Source of the DNA: Poseidonia sp.
GTDB taxonomy: Archaea > Thermoplasmatota > Poseidoniia > Poseidoniales > Poseidoniaceae
Length of the DNA stretch: 64,000 nt
Assembly: GCA_049412325.1 (NCBI GenBank)
Contig: JBMSEL010000005.1
Location: 2,244-66,243, forward strand
Reading direction: 5' to 3'
This document shows, piece by piece, positions 63,456 to 64,000 of the stretch. The notes beneath the pieces are model-generated. The model was not told the origin of the DNA, made no database searches, and worked only from the letters and a program-made list of their open reading frames with translations. The translations under genes were made by a program, and so were the position numbers. Position 1 is the first letter of the stretch; every line of letters begins with the position of its first letter.

Positions 63456-64000
63456 ATGGACGAGGGATTGCCACCCAGCATCCCTTTTTTGCCAGACAAC
63501 ATCATTCACCATCCAGAAGGTGCGTTGGTCACCGGGATGGACGGCGAGTTTCTCTGGCTCAACAACGAAATGCACCCTTTGGGCCCGGTTTCAATCCCGC
63601 ATCCCATGAGGGTTCGCCAAGGCACCATCATCGACGGACATCTCATTGCAACTTGGCTCGACCGTGAGTTGATGGTCGCTTGCATGGGAGCCATCCCCGT
63701 AGGTTCAGCAGAAGATGGAAAACCGCGTTCAGAACTTCGAACCTCGATTGGCACTCAGACCATCCATTATCCAGCAGGAAACACGTGGGCACATGCACTG
63801 GATGCTGAGCCGATGGCGCTGGCTACCGATGGTGAAACAGTTGTGTTTGACCTTTATCGGCGAGGCTTGTACGGCATTGGACTGAACGCTGACGAGCACT
63901 GGCGCATGCCGCCACCAACGTGGAACTATCCAAAGCGTCGACCTCGAAATGAAGAGACGGTTGGGCTCAACGTGCTTGGAGACGAGTGCTGGGTCACATC
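63456..64000 (+). CDS. hypothetical protein, 3' end outside window (not in supplied track)
   Basis: Translated by hand. ATG at 63456 (MDEGLPPSIPFLPDNIIHHPEG...) stays open to the window end, about 181 codons. Alternative GTG starts at 63411 and 63438. Confidence 0.5.
   Translation, partial: MDEGLPPSIPFLPDNIIHHPEGALVTGMDGEFLWLNNEMHPLGPVSIPHPMRVRQGTIIDGHLIATWLDRELMVACMGAIPVGSAEDGKPRSELRTSIGTQTIHYPAGNTWAHALDAEPMALATDGETVVFDLYRRGLYGIGLNADEHWRMPPPTWNYPKRRPRNEETVGLNVLGDECWVT

Noticed and set aside
1-64000. Search for CRISPR arrays, rRNA genes, transposases/integrases, prophage or plasmid genes, and toxin-antitoxin pairs
   Set aside because: I saw no regularly spaced direct repeats, no rRNA-like conserved strings, and no DDE/tyrosine-recombinase/serine-recombinase motifs in any long ORF. 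The only periodic DNA is the protein-coding acidic repeat region.

Overview
This is a densely packed archaeal chromosomal segment: about 50 CDS, 2 tRNA genes and 1 SRP RNA. I saw no rRNA, CRISPR array, transposase or integrase. Archaeal hallmarks read from the sequence are an archaeal-type ~305-nt SRP RNA, tRNA-splicing endonuclease, archease, RtcB ligase, a DTD2-type D-aminoacyl-tRNA deacylase, geranylgeranyl reductase, a RadB-like ATPase, family-B and Y-family polymerases, and TATA-like boxes about 25 nt upstream of the RNA genes. The gene content resembles planktonic marine Euryarchaeota/Thermoplasmatota (MGII/MGIII-like), but that is inference only and no search was possible. It includes very acidic secreted proteins with thrombospondin-type-3 and PKD repeats, several peptidases, proline dehydrogenase, a futalosine-type radical SAM enzyme, class-2 DHODH and a variant CcmE. 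Most of the window is housekeeping: pntB, pyrD, topA, glyA, valS, alaS, serA-like, sufS-like. Five things deserve a second look. (1) A dinB / RadB-like ATPase / exonuclease-dead, motif-C-degenerate PolB / coupled small ORF cluster at 39.8-44.6 kb could be an archaeal damage-tolerance (mutasome-like) module. (2) A divergent TatC homologue carries a Cys/His-rich C-terminal extension and sits between two twin-arginine-signal proteins (0.8-5.2 kb). (3) An orphan CcmE has the CxxxY variant heme site. (4) A lipobox-anchored protein fuses acidic Cys-containing repeats to a full PNGase F-like module. (5) Several large conserved-looking membrane or cytoplasmic proteins have no recognisable function. 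Many long ORFs in the supplied track are antisense shadows of real genes, and several track starts are clearly too far upstream. Corrected starts are proposed where a motif-based argument exists.
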